A DNA stretch of 64,000 bases from a phage. The stretch lies in the sequence record PZ452606.1. One strand, 5' to 3'. The notes beneath the pieces are model-generated. The model searched no databases. It saw only the letters and a list, made by a program, of their open reading frames with translations, and was not told the origin of the DNA. Position 1 is the stretch's first letter; each line of letters begins with the position of its first letter. The translations under genes and the position numbers were made by a program. Positions 62,016-64,000 of the stretch are shown piece by piece.

Positions 62016-62672
62016 ATGGCAGCACCTAGAATATCATTTTCGCCCTCTGATATTCTGTTTGGTGTTCTAGATCGCTTGTTCAAAGATAACGCTACCGGGA
62101 AAGTTCTTGCTTCCCGGGTAGCTGTCGTAATTCTTTTATTTATGATGGCGATTGTTTGGTATAGGGGAGATAGTTTCTTTGAGTACTATAAGCAATCAAA
62201 GTATGAAACATACAGTGAAATTATTGAAAAGGAAAGAAATGCACGCTTTGAATCTGTCGCCCTGGAACAACTCCAGATAGTTCATATATCATCTGAGGCA
62301 GACTTTAGTGCGGTGTATTCTTTCCGCCCTAAAAACTTAAACTATTTTGTTGATATTATAGCATACGAAGGAAAATTACCTTCAACAATAAGTGAAAAAT
62401 CACTTGGAGGATATCCTGTTGATAAAACTATGGATGAATATACAGTTCATTTAAATGGACGTCATTATTATTCCAACTCAAAATTTGCTTTTTTACCAAC
62501 TAAAAAGCCTACTCCCGAAATAAACTACATGTACAGTTGTCCATATTTTAATTTGGATAATATCTATGCTGGAACGATAACCATGTACTGGTATAGAAAT
62601 GATCATATAAGTAATGACCGCCTTGAATCAATATGTGCTCAGGCGGCCAGAATATTAGGAAGGGCTAAATAA
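62016..62672 (+). CDS. t: holin T
   Basis: 218-aa ORF; single N-terminal TM segment (VAVVILLFMMAIVWY) with large periplasmic domain; matches T4 holin in length and sequence as recalled. Confidence 0.93.
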   Translation: MAAPRISFSPSDILFGVLDRLFKDNATGKVLASRVAVVILLFMMAIVWYRGDSFFEYYKQSKYETYSEIIEKERNARFESVALEQLQIVHISSEADFSAVYSFRPKNLNYFVDIIAYEGKLPSTISEKSLGGYPVDKTMDEYTVHLNGRHYYSNSKFAFLPTKKPTPEINYMYSCPYFNLDNIYAGTITMYWYRNDHISNDRLESICAQAARILGRAK

Positions 62673-62945
62673 TTATTTGTTCGTATACATCTCTAGATAT
62701 CGATATACACCCTCAAAACCCTCGTTGAATTCGTTGATGAGGGTTTTCTTATCTTCTTGAGTTAATTCAGAAACAATTTTACGGAATGAATTCTGATTTA
62801 ATTTTCTACCTTCATGCGTTACTCCAATCTCATTCAGAAATGCAATAAAATTAGCACGATTCTCAACAATATCTTCTCTGGAAAATTTAATCAAAATAGA
62901 CGCAACAGTAATAATTTCACGAACTGTATCAATGTTTTTATTCAT
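62673..62945 (-). CDS. asiA: anti-sigma-70 factor AsiA
   Basis: 90-aa ORF MNKNIDTVREIITVASILIKFSREDIVENRANFIAFLNEIG... recognised as T4 AsiA; stop codon abuts the holin stop (convergent). Confidence 0.93.
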   Translation of the reverse strand: MNKNIDTVREIITVASILIKFSREDIVENRANFIAFLNEIGVTHEGRKLNQNSFRKIVSELTQEDKKTLINEFNEGFEGVYRYLEMYTNK

Positions 62946-62957
62946 TAACTATACCAC

Positions 62958-63110
62958 TCAATTAGTTGACTTTATTATAATATCATCAGACGCTTGATTT
63001 GTAAACTGGTCTGTGTTATTTTCTTCAAAAATTTTTTCTACGAATTCCTTGAACGACTCACGTTCCTGAGCTACATTATGCTCGATTACCTTTTCAAGAT
63101 TATGACTCAT
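62958..63110 (-). CDS. small acidic hypothetical protein (50 aa)
   Basis: Hand-translated ORF below track threshold (MSHNLEKVIEHNVAQERESFKEF...); start overlaps the arn stop (ATGA). Confidence 0.35.
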   Translation of the reverse strand: MSHNLEKVIEHNVAQERESFKEFVEKIFEENNTDQFTNQASDDIIIKSTN

Positions 63111-63385
63111 TCGAAATAATCTTCAATTTCGTAATCATGGACATAAAACATTATAGTTTTTAATACATCATCAATACTTTTTCCTGGAGCTGGAATTACG
63201 TAGAAATATCCTGCTTTTGAGAGGTCTTTATAAGTTCCAATCAAGAAATCATTGTTTTCAAGATGCAGTTCTTCAACTAATTCATTAACAATTGAGTGGT
63301 ATAAATTTGGTAGAAACTTATATAGCTTTTCTAGAATATCAATTTTGATTGTGTATTGAACCACAGACTGAGAATCAATAATCAT
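63107..63385 (-). CDS. arn: Arn-like anti-restriction (anti-McrBC) protein candidate
   Basis: 92-aa acidic ORF at the T4 arn position (after asiA); size matches; sequence identity not verifiable here. Confidence 0.7.
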   Translation of the reverse strand: MIIDSQSVVQYTIKIDILEKLYKFLPNLYHSIVNELVEELHLENNDFLIGTYKDLSKAGYFYVIPAPGKSIDDVLKTIMFYVHDYEIEDYFE

Positions 63386-63468
63386 AGACCTTCCCCTTAT
63401 GTTTCTGTTTGCGATTAGATTCTTTAAACGCTTTCTTCTTATCTTTATGAACAGAAGCTTTATTAAAA

Positions 63469-63687
63469 TTATGCTTTGCGACTAAATTGTTCATAGTGCT
63501 GAATTACCTCTCTCAAACATTTGCATGTGAATGAAAACTTTTTAGCTACACCACATTCAAATATGTGTTCTCTTAAATCACATGTATCGGTATATCCCAT
63601 CTCAACAATAAAATGCCGTATTAGATTTTTATCTTTATCATTGAGAGAATTAAAATAATCAGATTTTGAATTAATTTCCCTGGCCAA
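63469..63687 (-). CDS. hypothetical Cys-rich small protein
   Basis: 72-aa ORF with C..C...C.C pattern. Confidence 0.5.
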   Translation of the reverse strand: MAREINSKSDYFNSLNDKDKNLIRHFIVEMGYTDTCDLREHIFECGVAKKFSFTCKCLREVIQHYEQFSRKA

Positions 63688-63967
63688 ATTGAATCACCTT
63701 CAGTTGACGTTTTAATTCTTTTATCATTTCTTCGTTCATCGCAATATAAAGATCGCGTAAAGCAGGTTTTAGCATGTCATTTATTATAGAACTAAATGGA
63801 CATACATAATCTTTTCCTACGAGCTTTTTGGTGAATTCCATATCACAGAACTTAAATCCCGGCTCATTGGTATAAATTCCCCAATTAGTTGACATCATTT
63901 TATTGGCATATTCTAGTGCCTGGATTTGATTCATAATTCCATCAATTTGAAACTTTTTAATATTCAT
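63671..63967 (-). CDS. hypothetical protein
   Basis: 98-aa ORF overlapping downstream ORF by 17 nt. Confidence 0.5.
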   Translation of the reverse strand: MNIKKFQIDGIMNQIQALEYANKMMSTNWGIYTNEPGFKFCDMEFTKKLVGKDYVCPFSSIINDMLKPALRDLYIAMNEEMIKELKRQLKVIQFGQGN

Positions 63968-64000
63968 TAGTAAAGGTCCTCAGAGTAAAGTTCTTTTTCA

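Overview
This window is a contiguous ~64 kb segment of a T4-like (T-even, Tequatrovirus-type) myovirus genome, running from the tail sheath gene 18 to arn. Calls rest on ORF length, gene order and protein sequences recognised from memory; no database search was possible. Late structural genes are on the + strand: tail sheath/tube 18-19, portal 20, prohead core and protease 67-68-21-22, capsid 23-24, baseplate hub 51-27-28-29-48-54, long tail fibre 34-35-36-37-38, and holin t. Early and middle genes are on the - strand: rnlB, hoc, inh, uvsY, 25-26, two Alt-like ADP-ribosyltransferases, DNA ligase 30 with the 30.1-30.9 block, rIII, 31, cd, pseT, a spanin pair, alc, rnlA, denA, nrdB, an HNH endonuclease, nrdA, td, frd, 32, 59, 33, dsbA, rnh, asiA and arn. 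It is probably not the T4 reference itself: td and nrdB are uninterrupted, an extra ORF sits between frd and td, and the 37/38 module is of the T2/T6 adhesin type. I found no CRISPR array, tRNA, integrase or transposase, and no clear evidence of a wholly new multi-gene system. The best leads are the tandem Alt paralogues, a NADAR/YbiA-like ORF and a HAD-like ORF in the 30.x block, the frd-td insertion, a 53-bp duplicated early-promoter element, and a ~290-bp structured leader upstream of a small basic protein gene.
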